Shown here piece after piece: positions 8,592 through 16,302 of a stretch of 64,000 bases of DNA (position 1 is its first letter; the number at the start of each line of letters is the position of its first letter). This stretch comes from a virus (Duplodnaviria > Caudoviricetes): positions 64,001 through 128,000 of the IMG/VR virus record IMGVR_UViG_3300034069_002177; one strand, given 5' to 3'. Below the pieces are notes generated by a model. The model was not told where the DNA came from, made no database searches, and saw only the letters and a list, made by a program, of their open reading frames with translations. Both the position numbers and the translations under genes were made by a program.

Positions 8592-8731
8592 CTTAGTGGT
8601 ACCGGCACAGGGTGTACAACCATCGTCGGTGCGGTCGGGAGTGATATCCCCTGACCAGTCGTGCTTGGAAGGCTGCGTAATGTAGTACGGGGTTCGATCC
8701 CCGTCATGAGCCACTTATACTTCTTCAAGGG

Positions 8732-8761
8732 TTGACCGGAATCAAGATGCCGTGATACCAT
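8732..8761 (+). promoter_or_regulatory. sigma70-type promoter
   Basis: TTGACC-18 nt-TACCAT just upstream of tRNA-Met. Confidence 0.6.
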
Positions 8762-8772
8762 TGAAGGCATAA

Positions 8773-8847
8773 TGCGGGGTAGGGCAGTTCGGTAGCCCGC
8801 CAGGCTCATAATCTGGAAGTCGCGTGGTTCAAATCCCGCCCCCGCAA
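8773..8847 (+). tRNA. trnM: tRNA-Met(CAT), initiator-like scaffold
   Basis: fMet-like D arm and loop CT-CAT-AA, but paired U1-A72 and no run of three G-C pairs in AC stem. Confidence 0.85.
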
Positions 8848-9069
8848 CGTTACAACGAAGATACAAACATCGAAGGGTTCTTGTATCGGGATTACTAGAA
8901 AGCGCAACCTGCGTGTAACTGGGTTGTGTTAGGTGGGGACCGTAAGGTTCGTGCCGACACCGGCAAGAGAACGAGACCTAGCGTGAGAGCGAGAGGTCAG
9001 GTGAATTGGTACTTCGTACCGCGAGAAGCCCGAGCTTAGATGCACACGTTCCACTTGCCGGTTTTGTTT

Positions 9070-9142
9070 GGGTCGTTAGCTCATCTGGTAGAGCGCTGCT
9101 TTTGCAAGGCAGAGGTGAGGGGTTCAAGTCCCCTACGATCCA
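9070..9142 (+). tRNA. trnA: tRNA-Ala(TGC)
   Basis: Near-identical to 5470-5542 apart from the acceptor stem; G3-U70; G48. Confidence 0.94.
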
Positions 9143-9242
9143 CGCTTCCTCTCCAATCACCATTCTCGGCTCATTACCTTGGATGGCGGAGAGCCCCCAC
9201 TTCGATACCGGTTACGGGGTGGGGGATAGAAGCAACCAATAT

Positions 9243-9316
9243 AGGGGTATAGCTCAGATGGTTAGAGCGCTTCGCTGATAACGAAGAGGTCTTCGGTTCA
9301 ATTCCGAATATCCCTA
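9243..9316 (+). tRNA. trnI: tRNA-Ile(GAT)
   Basis: Cloverleaf; loop CT-GAT-AA. Confidence 0.95.
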
Positions 9317-9346
9317 CTGCTCATTGTCACTTCTAGAATCTGGCGG

Positions 9347-9376
9347 TTGACAAAGAGTTACGACACACGATAAAGT
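9347..9376 (+). promoter_or_regulatory. sigma70-type promoter
   Basis: TTGACA-18 nt-TAAAGT. Confidence 0.7.
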
Positions 9377-9424
9377 GGTGGTCGCGGTAAACAGTCCGCA
9401 CAGGCTCTCAACATTGAGGGTTCT

Positions 9425-9499
9425 GGCGCATTAGCACAATTGGTTAGTTGCATCGCCCTTTCACGGCGAAGGTTACGGGTTCAAGTCCCGTATGCGTCA
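9425..9499 (+). tRNA. trnE: tRNA-Glu(TTC)
   Basis: Loop CT-TTC-AC; 5-nt variable loop AGGTT. Confidence 0.93.
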
Positions 9500-9500
9500 C

Positions 9501-9577
<77 letters not shown>

Positions 9578-9602
9578 CTTCCAAACCAATATCAGTTTGG
9601 AC

Positions 9603-9632
9603 TTGACATCTACACAAAGTTGTTGCTAAGGT
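9603..9632 (+). promoter_or_regulatory. sigma70-type promoter
   Basis: TTGACA-18 nt-TAAGGT. Confidence 0.7.
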
Positions 9633-9701
9633 TGTTCTATAAGCAAGAAAGAACAACACTTGGTAACTCCATAGAGAAAGAAATGCCGCGCAAGCGGTTT
9701 T

Positions 9702-9774
9702 GGCTGTATAGCTCAGGGGTGAGAGCACTTCGCTGATAACGAAGGGGTCGGTGGTTCGATTCCACCTACAGCCA
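9702..9774 (+). tRNA. trnI: tRNA-Ile(GAT)
   Basis: Cloverleaf; loop CT-GAT-AA. Confidence 0.96.
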
Positions 9775-9973
9775 CTCGGAACACAACAACTCGCATACCT
9801 GCCGGACCAATCATCTGAGCAGCGCGGGGCGGAATGTTCGTCTCGAAAGAGAAATCGGCGGTATCTAGCGGTCCTTGGTTGCAAGGGTGCCGCAAGATGG
9901 ATGAGTACCGAGCGTTAACCTCATCAGATGATACGAAGCGAGATTGATTACCAAGCTTCTAAGTCGTCAACAT

Positions 9974-10046
9974 GCCCCTTTAGCTCAGTTGGTAGAGCGC
10001 TACGTTTACACCGTAGATGTCATCGGTTCGAGCCCGGTAGGGGGCA
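9974..10046 (+). tRNA. trnV: tRNA-Val(TAC)
   Basis: Cloverleaf; loop TT-TAC-AC. Confidence 0.95.
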
Positions 10047-10252
10047 CTGCACCAAGCGGTTATGCATGACTGACTATGGTGCTTGACACATACCAAGTGT
10101 CTAGGCGGGGTTCCTGAATGTGACCTAGTTGTCGGTTGGCTCCAAACCGTCCCTTATGGACTACGAGGTTACCGCGTGTCCCGTTTAGCGTTCTTGCGTG
10201 AAGAGCGTTGTGGGTGTCCGTCTCAGTGGTACGAGACGTAATCCCACAGAAT

Positions 10253-10325
10253 GCGCCCGTAGCTCAGGGGATAGAGCGGTTGACTACGGATCAACAGGTC
10301 GGGGGTTCGATTCCCTTCGGGCGCA
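10253..10325 (+). tRNA. trnR: tRNA-Arg(ACG)
   Basis: Cloverleaf; loop CT-ACG-GA. Confidence 0.96.
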
Positions 10326-10340
10326 CGCAACACAAAGATT

Positions 10341-10581
10341 TTCAACCAACTGGACTGTCGCGGGCGAAAGCTTGAGGAAAGTCCGGGCACTTGACCAACT
10401 ACCGTGTGGTAGATGAACTCCGCGTTCATCGCTCAAGAACCACTAAGCCCAACCTAAAAAGCAGGGTGCAGGATGTGTGCAACGCCAAACAGTCTGAGGG
10501 AGTTGGTCTCCTGTGAAAGACGGGTAGGCGGCTGAGACAGATGACAGTCTAAAACAGAACCCGGCTTACGGGTTGGTTGAA
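10341..10581 (+). ncRNA. rnpB: compact RNase P RNA
   Basis: GAGGAAAGTCC (10374-84) and ACAGAACCCGGCTTA (10554-68); P1 10341-51/10571-81; P2 GGACTGTC/GACAGTCT; P7-like GACCAACT/AGTTGGTC. Confidence 0.9.
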
Positions 10582-10586
10582 TTAAT

Positions 10587-10670
10587 GCCCGCATGGCGAA
10601 ATTGGCAGCCGCGTTGCGTTCAGAGCGCAATGACCGAATGGTCGTCCGAGTTCAAGTCTCGGTGTGGGCA
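10587..10670 (+). tRNA. trnL: tRNA-Leu(CAG)
   Basis: Long variable arm; loop TT-CAG-AG. Confidence 0.94.
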
Positions 10671-10761
10671 CTGCTGACCTAGGTCAGCCACTAATGAAAG
10701 GCTACACGAAATGATGGACTCCACCTAACCCTCCTTTGTTGACTATACAAAGGAGGTGAAA

Positions 10762-10941
10762 ATGAGAAAATTCACATACACAGACACCCGCGACTGGAAG
10801 GTCGCTGATGTCGATGGCAAGGCTATGACCTTGCTCGTGACGGATGCAAAGGGCAACAAAAGGAACGTCGAAAAGTTCGACGGCTTCCGCTCTGCATCCA
10901 GAGCAGCCAAGAAGCTTGGTGGTTTCGCCGTTAGGGCGTAA
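10762..10941 (+). CDS. small basic hypothetical protein (59 aa)
   Basis: Strong RBS AAGGAGG upstream of ATG; phage-like codon usage. Confidence 0.7.
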   Translation: MRKFTYTDTRDWKVADVDGKAMTLLVTDAKGNKRNVEKFDGFRSASRAAKKLGGFAVRA

Positions 10942-11057
10942 CTAGGCTTTCAGATTTCTCCGGTGTGCGGAGAATGAAATACCCAGTCGTGGACCTTGCA
11001 GAAACGAAGCGGCTGGCGAGTGGTAGGCATGTACTGCACTGTCCTACCACTCAAAAT

Positions 11058-11130
11058 GGCTCTGTAGCTCAGTTGGTAGAGCGTTCGACTGAAAATCGAA
11101 AGGTCACCGGATCGATGCCGGTCGGAGCCA
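11058..11130 (+). tRNA. trnF: tRNA-Phe(GAA)
   Basis: Loop CT-GAA-AA; T loop ATCGATG. Confidence 0.93.
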
Positions 11131-11280
11131 CGACCGATTCCATACAGTTTTTGCGGACTGCGATGGATCTCACTACTAGCCACGGGTACTTCGTTGCGTG
11201 CTGAGTAGGACATGAGGATTGGTGCCTCATCAATGAATAGACTGGTTGGGATACCGCAAAATTTCCAACTGGTCGCACTA

Positions 11281-11354
11281 GCCTCGCTAGCTCAATATGG
11301 CAGAGCATCAGACTTTTAATCTGCGGGTTCTCGGTTCAAGTCCGAGGCGGGGCA
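11281..11354 (+). tRNA. trnK: tRNA-Lys(TTT)
   Basis: Cloverleaf; loop CT-TTT-AA. Confidence 0.93.
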
Positions 11355-11379
11355 CACATCATTGGGATTCCAATGACTA

Positions 11380-11464
11380 GATAGTAGTGATGTAATTGGC
11401 AGCACGTCCGCCTTGTGTACAGAGGGCTAACGGAAGGAATCGACTCGAAATCGTTCTACTATCG
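11380..11464 (+). ncRNA. His-like degenerate tRNA with expanded anticodon arm
   Basis: 8-bp acceptor GATAGTAG/CTACTATC, D-arm motif TGTAATTGGCAGCAC, TCCG/CGGA enclosing 20 nt that include TT-GTG-TA; degenerate T loop CTCGAAA. Confidence 0.5.
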
Positions 11465-11590
11465 AAAACCGTGGCGTATGGTTTATTACGCAGTCACCGA
11501 AACATGGCGTAGGCGAAGCGCCCTAGAAGTTGGATTAGGTGAAAGGTGTCGGAAGCTCCCTCAGCAGGAGCCTAGTCTTGGTCACCATAT

Positions 11591-11663
11591 TCCTCTATAG
11601 CTCAATTGGCAGAGCAGTCGGCTGTTAACCGACAGGTTCGTGGTTCGAATCCACGTGGGGGAG
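11591..11663 (+). tRNA. trnN: tRNA-Asn(GTT)
   Basis: Cloverleaf; loop CT-GTT-AA. Confidence 0.95.
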
Positions 11664-11786
11664 CAATGCGAGTATCCGGTACGCAAGGTTGCAACGCTCG
11701 CAGAAGTCCTAACTTTCCCACAGCAGTCCGTGAGGGAAGTCAAGCAACGGAAATGAGAAATCATAGGGTTGGCGGTTAGGCAACAT

Positions 11787-11858
11787 GGCGATGTGGTGTG
11801 AGTGGTTAGCCGTTTCTCTGCAAAAGAAAATATGCCGGTTCGATTCCGGTCGTCGCCT
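11787..11858 (+). tRNA. trnC: tRNA-Cys(GCA)
   Basis: Loop CT-GCA-AA; U73. Confidence 0.9.
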
Positions 11859-11869
11859 CAATGCTCGAT

Positions 11870-11899
11870 TTGACTTTCACCGGTCAGTCGTTCTACCAT
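11870..11899 (+). promoter_or_regulatory. sigma70-type promoter (may also drive the downstream repeat array)
   Basis: TTGACT-18 nt-TACCAT. Confidence 0.65.
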
Positions 11900-11914
11900 G
11901 TTCTATATGAACAT

Positions 11915-11989
11915 GGGGTGATAGCCAAGCTGGTTAAGGCACCGAACTCATAATTCGACGATTCGTGGGTTCAAGTCCCACTCACCCCA
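11915..11989 (+). tRNA. tRNA-Ile2/Met(CAT)
   Basis: Cloverleaf; loop CT-CAT-AA; isotype (lysidine Ile2 vs elongator Met) not resolvable by eye. Confidence 0.88.
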
Positions 11990-12163
11990 CTCAACTTCAT
12001 CACTACTCCGATGAGGTAGGGTTCCGATAAGCACCATGTGTGCTAAGATTGGGGCTCGCAGAACCACCCGGTTCTGTTGTGTGCTGGATTCCGTGTTGTG
12101 CGCACGACGTGGAATTCATCGGTCGAAGTCCGACGTATGTAACCGACGAAACAGGTGCTACAT

Positions 12164-12236
12164 GCCCGTATAGCTCAGTTGGTAGAGCGCCAGCATGACT
12201 CGCTGGATGTCGGGGGTTCAAATCCCTCTACGAGCA
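12164..12236 (+). tRNA. trnV: tRNA-Val(GAC)
   Basis: CCAGC-AT-GAC-TC-GCTGG; atypical T37; one acceptor mismatch. Confidence 0.85.
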
Positions 12237-12252
12237 CTGCTTCTTGACACGA

Positions 12253-12519
12253 AGCTATTCCTGAGAAATCGGGATGTTCCGCCCTGACCTTCGCATTGTG
12301 AAGTTCCTTACCTCGGTTTGGATGAACCACTGCGACCCTTGGAGCCACCAAGTCCCTACTCCGGTAGGGATGAACCACCACGACCTTCGCGTCCACAATA
12401 TCCTCGCCTCGGCTTGGATGATCCTCCCCAACCTTCAGATTCATCACTTCCTCGCTCCGGCTTGGATGAACCGCGATGACCTCTACCGTGGGTACACTTT
12501 CGTTTCGACGGGAATTATG
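12253..12519 (+). CRISPR. delocalised degenerate type I-E-like array: 6 repeats, five 20-nt spacers
   Basis: GGATG at exact 48-nt period (12272, 12320, 12368, 12416, 12464); 28-nt units with 7-bp-stem/4-nt-loop geometry, e.g. CAAG-TCCCTAC-TCCG-GTAGGGA-TGAACC; degenerate terminal repeat ~12493-12519. Confidence 0.8.
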
Positions 12520-12528
12520 GAAATGGAC

Positions 12529-12558
12529 TTGACAGAGTATGGTCTGGTACTGTAAAGT
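12529..12558 (+). promoter_or_regulatory. sigma70-type promoter
   Basis: TTGACA-18 nt-TAAAGT. Confidence 0.7.
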
Positions 12559-12626
12559 GGTAAACGTCTTGTGAGAGCAAGACTTCGGAACTTCACAACA
12601 CAATAGCGTTTAGTAAGAAAGATTTT

Positions 12627-12700
12627 GCTTCTGTAGCTCAGATGGTTAGAGCGCCGCCCTGTCACGGCGGAGGTCGCCGGTTCAAGTCCGGTCAGGGGCG
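12627..12700 (+). tRNA. trnD: tRNA-Asp(GTC)
   Basis: Cloverleaf; loop CT-GTC-AC; core identical to 1719-1792. Confidence 0.95.
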
Positions 12701-12947
12701 CTATCAAAGGAACCGCGTTAGCGGGTTGCCTGCGATACAGCAAGACACCAGATACCGTCAAATATCTGGTACCCACACTTCTACCGTCGATGCGGTAGGT
12801 TCCGTTGACACGGAAGGATCGTTTCAAGTGAAGGTCTTGTACTTTGTTGGGCGTCGTCCTCCGGGACTGGCGCAGCCGATGGGTTCGGTTCCGTGACTCA
12901 TCTCCCTTTTATGCCGAGTGGTTGCAAACGCGAGGAAACGGAAATAT

Positions 12948-13020
12948 GGGGTCTTAACTCAGTTGGTAGAGTGCCTGCTTTGCAAGCAGGATGTCAGGAG
13001 TTCGATTCTCCTAGACTCCA
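12948..13020 (+). tRNA. trnA: tRNA-Ala(TGC)
   Basis: G3-U70; loop TT-TGC-AA. Confidence 0.95.
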
Positions 13021-13160
13021 CGTTGGTAGACGAAAGTCTTACCTTGGTAGATGAACACCTACCCTGCTCCAGTAATGGACAGGCTCCGAAGCAGAGATTC
13101 GGAATCCTACGTAAGACTGCTAGCGTCGCACATAGGAATATCGAGTCAAGTGTTCAACAT

Positions 13161-13231
13161 GGATTTTAGCTCAGTTGGTAGAGCACCTGCTTTCAAGCAG
13201 AATTTCGGGAGTTCGATTCCCCCATAATCCG
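13161..13231 (+). pseudogene. degenerate Ala-derived tRNA with 6-nt anticodon loop (TTTCAA)
   Basis: D arm and CTGC/GCAG stem resemble Ala(TGC) at 12948 but G35 is missing; mismatches in T and acceptor stems. Confidence 0.55.
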
Positions 13232-13375
13232 CGAACAAGAAGCTGTTGAAGTTTAGGGATTAACTACCCGAGTGCAGATACGTGTGTGTACTGTTTATAC
13301 CCTAGTCGCCGGTTAGGATGATGACTGCTTGGTAGTTCTTGCAGTGATTGTTCATGAATACGAGCTAGGCTCTGT

Positions 13376-13446
13376 GGGGATGTAGCTTAATGGTAAAGCC
13401 TTAGTCTTCCAAACTAATGACGCGGGTTCGATTCCCGTCATCCCCT
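13376..13446 (+). tRNA. trnG: tRNA-Gly(TCC)
   Basis: Loop CT-TCC-AA; U73. Confidence 0.94.
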
Positions 13447-13709
13447 CTGTGGCATCATCGAAATTACGGTGAAGGCTTCCTAACGCCTCTGTGTGAATCG
13501 CAGTGAAAAGTTAGGACTCTGCCGGAGTAGAGTGGTTGCATAGACTAAACCGGAAACAGGGCTTGCGGACCTGGGCGTGATACGGGATTCGGCTATCACA
13601 GACCTCTTTATGAGGCATATGGATGAAAGTTCCACAGTGAAGCATTTAGGAAATTCGAAGAATCCAAACGCGTTGGATGAAATCGTATAGACTAAGTGCA
13701 TCACGACAT

Positions 13710-13781
13710 GCGGATGTGGCGCAGTGGTAGCGCATAACCTTGCCAAGGTTAGGGTCGCGAGTTCGAATCTCGTCATCCGCT
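13710..13781 (+). tRNA. trnG: tRNA-Gly(GCC)
   Basis: Loop TT-GCC-AA; U73. Confidence 0.96.
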
Positions 13782-13949
13782 CGTAAGCAGCATTTGACTG
13801 CTAGGGCTTCTAGGATATCCATTGGGTATCCTTTTAGTCGAGATCCCGTCCAACCGCAAGGTTGGCGTAAGCGGTCGTTCAAATACACCTTCTCTAACTC
13901 CGGTTGGCATCGAAAGATGCGTTCTTGGGAAGCGTGTTAAACCGGATAT

Positions 13950-14021
13950 GCGGTCATAGCCTACGGGTATGGCAACTTGGCTTCCAGCCAAGAGTTGATG
14001 GTTCAAGTCCATCTGACCGCT
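13950..14021 (+). tRNA. trnG: tRNA-Gly(TCC)
   Basis: Loop CT-TCC-AG; U73. Confidence 0.9.
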
Positions 14022-14344
14022 CAAAGCCATCCAGAAGGCGGTATAAGCGAGTAACTAACGCCGATACCATCCGATGCTGGCTCATCCTTAGAATGGAACG
14101 TGGCGCTTGTGAGACTGTAGTGGTCAAGCACGTGTTACCGGAAATTCTCAGGCTCTGATTCTCGACTAGTAATCGGGAAGCGGGTTTGCTTCACCCGCCC
14201 TAGCTGCGACGAGTAGTGGCGAAGGAATAAGCACCTCAGCAATGCGAGGCTAAGCGTTGCCACTATTGGGTCACTGTTTACTAGACAAACCCTTTAGGAT
14301 TCGGTAAGCTAGAGACTAAGAAGCTTCCTAGCTTCCGAATACAT

Positions 14345-14439
14345 GGGACTGTAGCTCAAAAGTCACCCTCAAGGTGGCGGGTAGAGCAAGGAGCGGCGCG
14401 CGTTCCAGAAGGTTATCGGTTCGATCCCGATCAGTTCCA
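14345..14439 (+). ncRNA. Ala-like tRNA with hairpin inserted in D loop (loop GG-CGC-GC)
   Basis: Acceptor GGGACTG/CAGTTCC with G3-U70 and A73; D stem GCTC/GAGC enclosing GTCACC-CTCAA-GGTGGC; T arm ATCGG-TTCGATC-CCGAT. Confidence 0.65.
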
Positions 14440-14481
14440 CGGTCTTCTAGTCGTCCTTCGGGATGGCTAGAACTCCACCAT

Positions 14482-14556
14482 GCGAAAGTAACTCAGCGGT
14501 AGAGTTCCTCGTTGCCAACGAGGTTGTCGCGGGTTCGATCCCCGTCTTTCGCTCCA
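14482..14556 (+). tRNA. trnG: tRNA-Gly(GCC)
   Basis: Loop TT-GCC-AA; CCA encoded. Confidence 0.95.
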
Positions 14557-14641
14557 AGGTAGGAATTTGTCAAACGCAGCCCGGTGCCCTGACGACATCG
14601 ATGCTGTAGGGGTTCCTGCCTGTAACTTATTTTCATGATTT

Positions 14642-14714
14642 GCCCTCGTAGCTCAGGGGATAGAGCAGGAGCCTTCTAATCTCTTGGTCGCAGGTTCGAA
14701 TCCTGCCGAGGGCA
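14642..14714 (+). tRNA. trnR: tRNA-Arg(TCT)
   Basis: Loop CT-TCT-AA. Confidence 0.93.
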
Positions 14715-14815
14715 CAACGGTCGTCAATGGGCGTACACGACCGGGTTTACTTGGCGTCCAAAACAGGCGGCTTCCTATGAGTGTATGGAGGCTGATCCTC
14801 GACTCGACACTCACT

Positions 14816-14888
14816 GCGTTTGTAGCTCAGTGGATAGAGCAGTTGACTACGGATCAACAGGTCGGGGGTTCGAATCCCTCCAGGCGCA
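14816..14888 (+). tRNA. trnR: tRNA-Arg(ACG)
   Basis: Loop CT-ACG-GA. Confidence 0.95.
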
Positions 14889-14947
14889 CAGATTTGCATG
14901 GTAGCTGTCTAGCTGCTATGCTTTTCACGAGGGTAAAACCTTGAAAT

Positions 14948-15020
14948 GCCGACTTGGCGCAATTGGTAGCGCAACTGTCTTGTAAACAGTAGGTTGCGGG
15001 TTCAAGTCCCGCAGTTGGCT
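14948..15020 (+). tRNA. trnT: tRNA-Thr(TGT)
   Basis: Loop CT-TGT-AA. Confidence 0.95.
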
Positions 15021-15036
15021 CTCCGAAGGGATAATT

Positions 15037-15399
15037 ATGTACGACTTGTCATTCTCTGAATTTGACGACGAACCTCGCGCCCTCCCCATCGATGTAGCGC
15101 GTAATCGCATCGAGCCGTTGTTCCCGAATTTGAAGTTCACAAGTGCTGGCGGGTCAGTTCCCTTCCAAGCCGAGGGCTACTACATGGGTATCGCGGACTT
15201 TTACTTTCGGTTCCGACATGACTCGGCTAGTCTCACGATTGGTCGTCCTGGTCGGCACACCCCCGAAAATGATTTCGTCATCTACAAAGATGACGTGACT
15301 GGCGAGGATTACGCGGGAACGCTCGACGATGATGAATTTGTAGCGTTGTTCACGGAACTCATGGAGCGTATGCTTGCAGAGAAACCACTTCCTCGCTAA
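15037..15399 (+). CDS. hypothetical protein (120 aa, acidic)
   Basis: RBS GAAGGGA, protein-like composition, fills gap between tRNAs. Confidence 0.8.
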   Translation: MYDLSFSEFDDEPRALPIDVARNRIEPLFPNLKFTSAGGSVPFQAEGYYMGIADFYFRFRHDSASLTIGRPGRHTPENDFVIYKDDVTGEDYAGTLDDDEFVALFTELMERMLAEKPLPR

Positions 15400-15448
15400 G
15401 AAATAGACTGGTGATGGTCAGGTCAGAAATGAAGCAGCCATCATCTTT

Positions 15449-15521
15449 GCCCTTGTAGTTCAGCGGATAGAGCGTCATCTTCCGAAGGTGAATGTCGCTG
15501 GTTCGAATCCAGTCAAGGGCA
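15449..15521 (+). tRNA. trnR: tRNA-Arg(CCG)
   Basis: Loop TT-CCG-AA. Confidence 0.92.
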
Positions 15522-15757
15522 CAAGCAACACGAAGTGGCGATGGCAGGGTAAGTTGCAACGACTGTCACGCTCCCTATGCATGGGGTTGTGTTGTGAGGT
15601 GAAGGGAAATCACCAAATTCGTACTGGTCGTTCAAGTCAGGACTGCTTGTTAAAAGTGAGATGGGGGTATCGAATCCTTCCTAGTACGCCAAACTTCTTG
15701 TAACACGACCGGGTTCAGCCCAGTCGTGTGATATAGCCAGACACCGATGGTGTTTAT

Positions 15758-15829
15758 GCCACTTTAGCTCAGGGGTAGAGCAAACGCTTCGTAAGCGTTA
15801 GGTCGTCAGTTCAAATCTGACAAGTGGCT
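15758..15829 (+). tRNA. trnT: tRNA-Thr(CGT)
   Basis: Loop TT-CGT-AA. Confidence 0.95.
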
Positions 15830-16089
15830 CGGAATCGGGAACAAGGTCTCTCGGTAACGGACAGGTACAAAACGAGAACCCAGTGCACATGGACTCGCAC
15901 AAAATCCTGTTACCGTTTCGGTGTCCGTCTTCTTACGTTTTCGGGCACCGAACATTCTTCGAGGTTCAGCACTCGACGTATTTCATCTCAGGATACGGTA
16001 CGATACCAAAGGCTGGTCGGAGGTACACCGAAGGTAATCTGTTAGTGCAGATGATCAACCATGCACAGCGCGGAGTGATTCGCGTTTGT

Positions 16090-16161
<72 letters not shown>

Positions 16162-16197
16162 CGTAAAGACTGCTACGGTAGTTATTCACGAAAATAT

Positions 16198-16273
16198 GGG
16201 TTCTTAGCTCAGTTGGTAGAGCATCACGCTGGCAGCGTGAGGGTCAGGGGTTCGAATCCCCTAGGATCCACCA
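16198..16273 (+). tRNA. trnA: tRNA-Ala(GGC)
   Basis: G3-U70; loop CT-GGC-AG; CCA encoded. Confidence 0.95.
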
Positions 16274-16302
16274 TATAGACACCTTGACGAAACGGACCAA
16301 AG

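Noticed and set aside
8592-8713. T-arm-like hairpin ACGGGG-TTCGAT-CCCCGT
   Set aside because: No convincing D or anticodon arm, and the only acceptor partner overlaps the preceding element.
12175-12603. Minus-strand 142-aa ORF and plus-strand 93-aa ORF (12274-12555) with apparent 16-aa repeats
   Set aside because: A 48-nt period gives in-frame repeats automatically. Compensatory hairpin changes, I-E handle sequences and tRNA-complementary spacers fit an RNA array better, and neither ORF has a clear RBS.
13659-13684. Solitary I-E-like repeat TCCAA-ACGCG-TTGGA-TGAAAT
   Set aside because: The stem is short, there is no second repeat at ~48 nt, and the following sequence is not tRNA-complementary.
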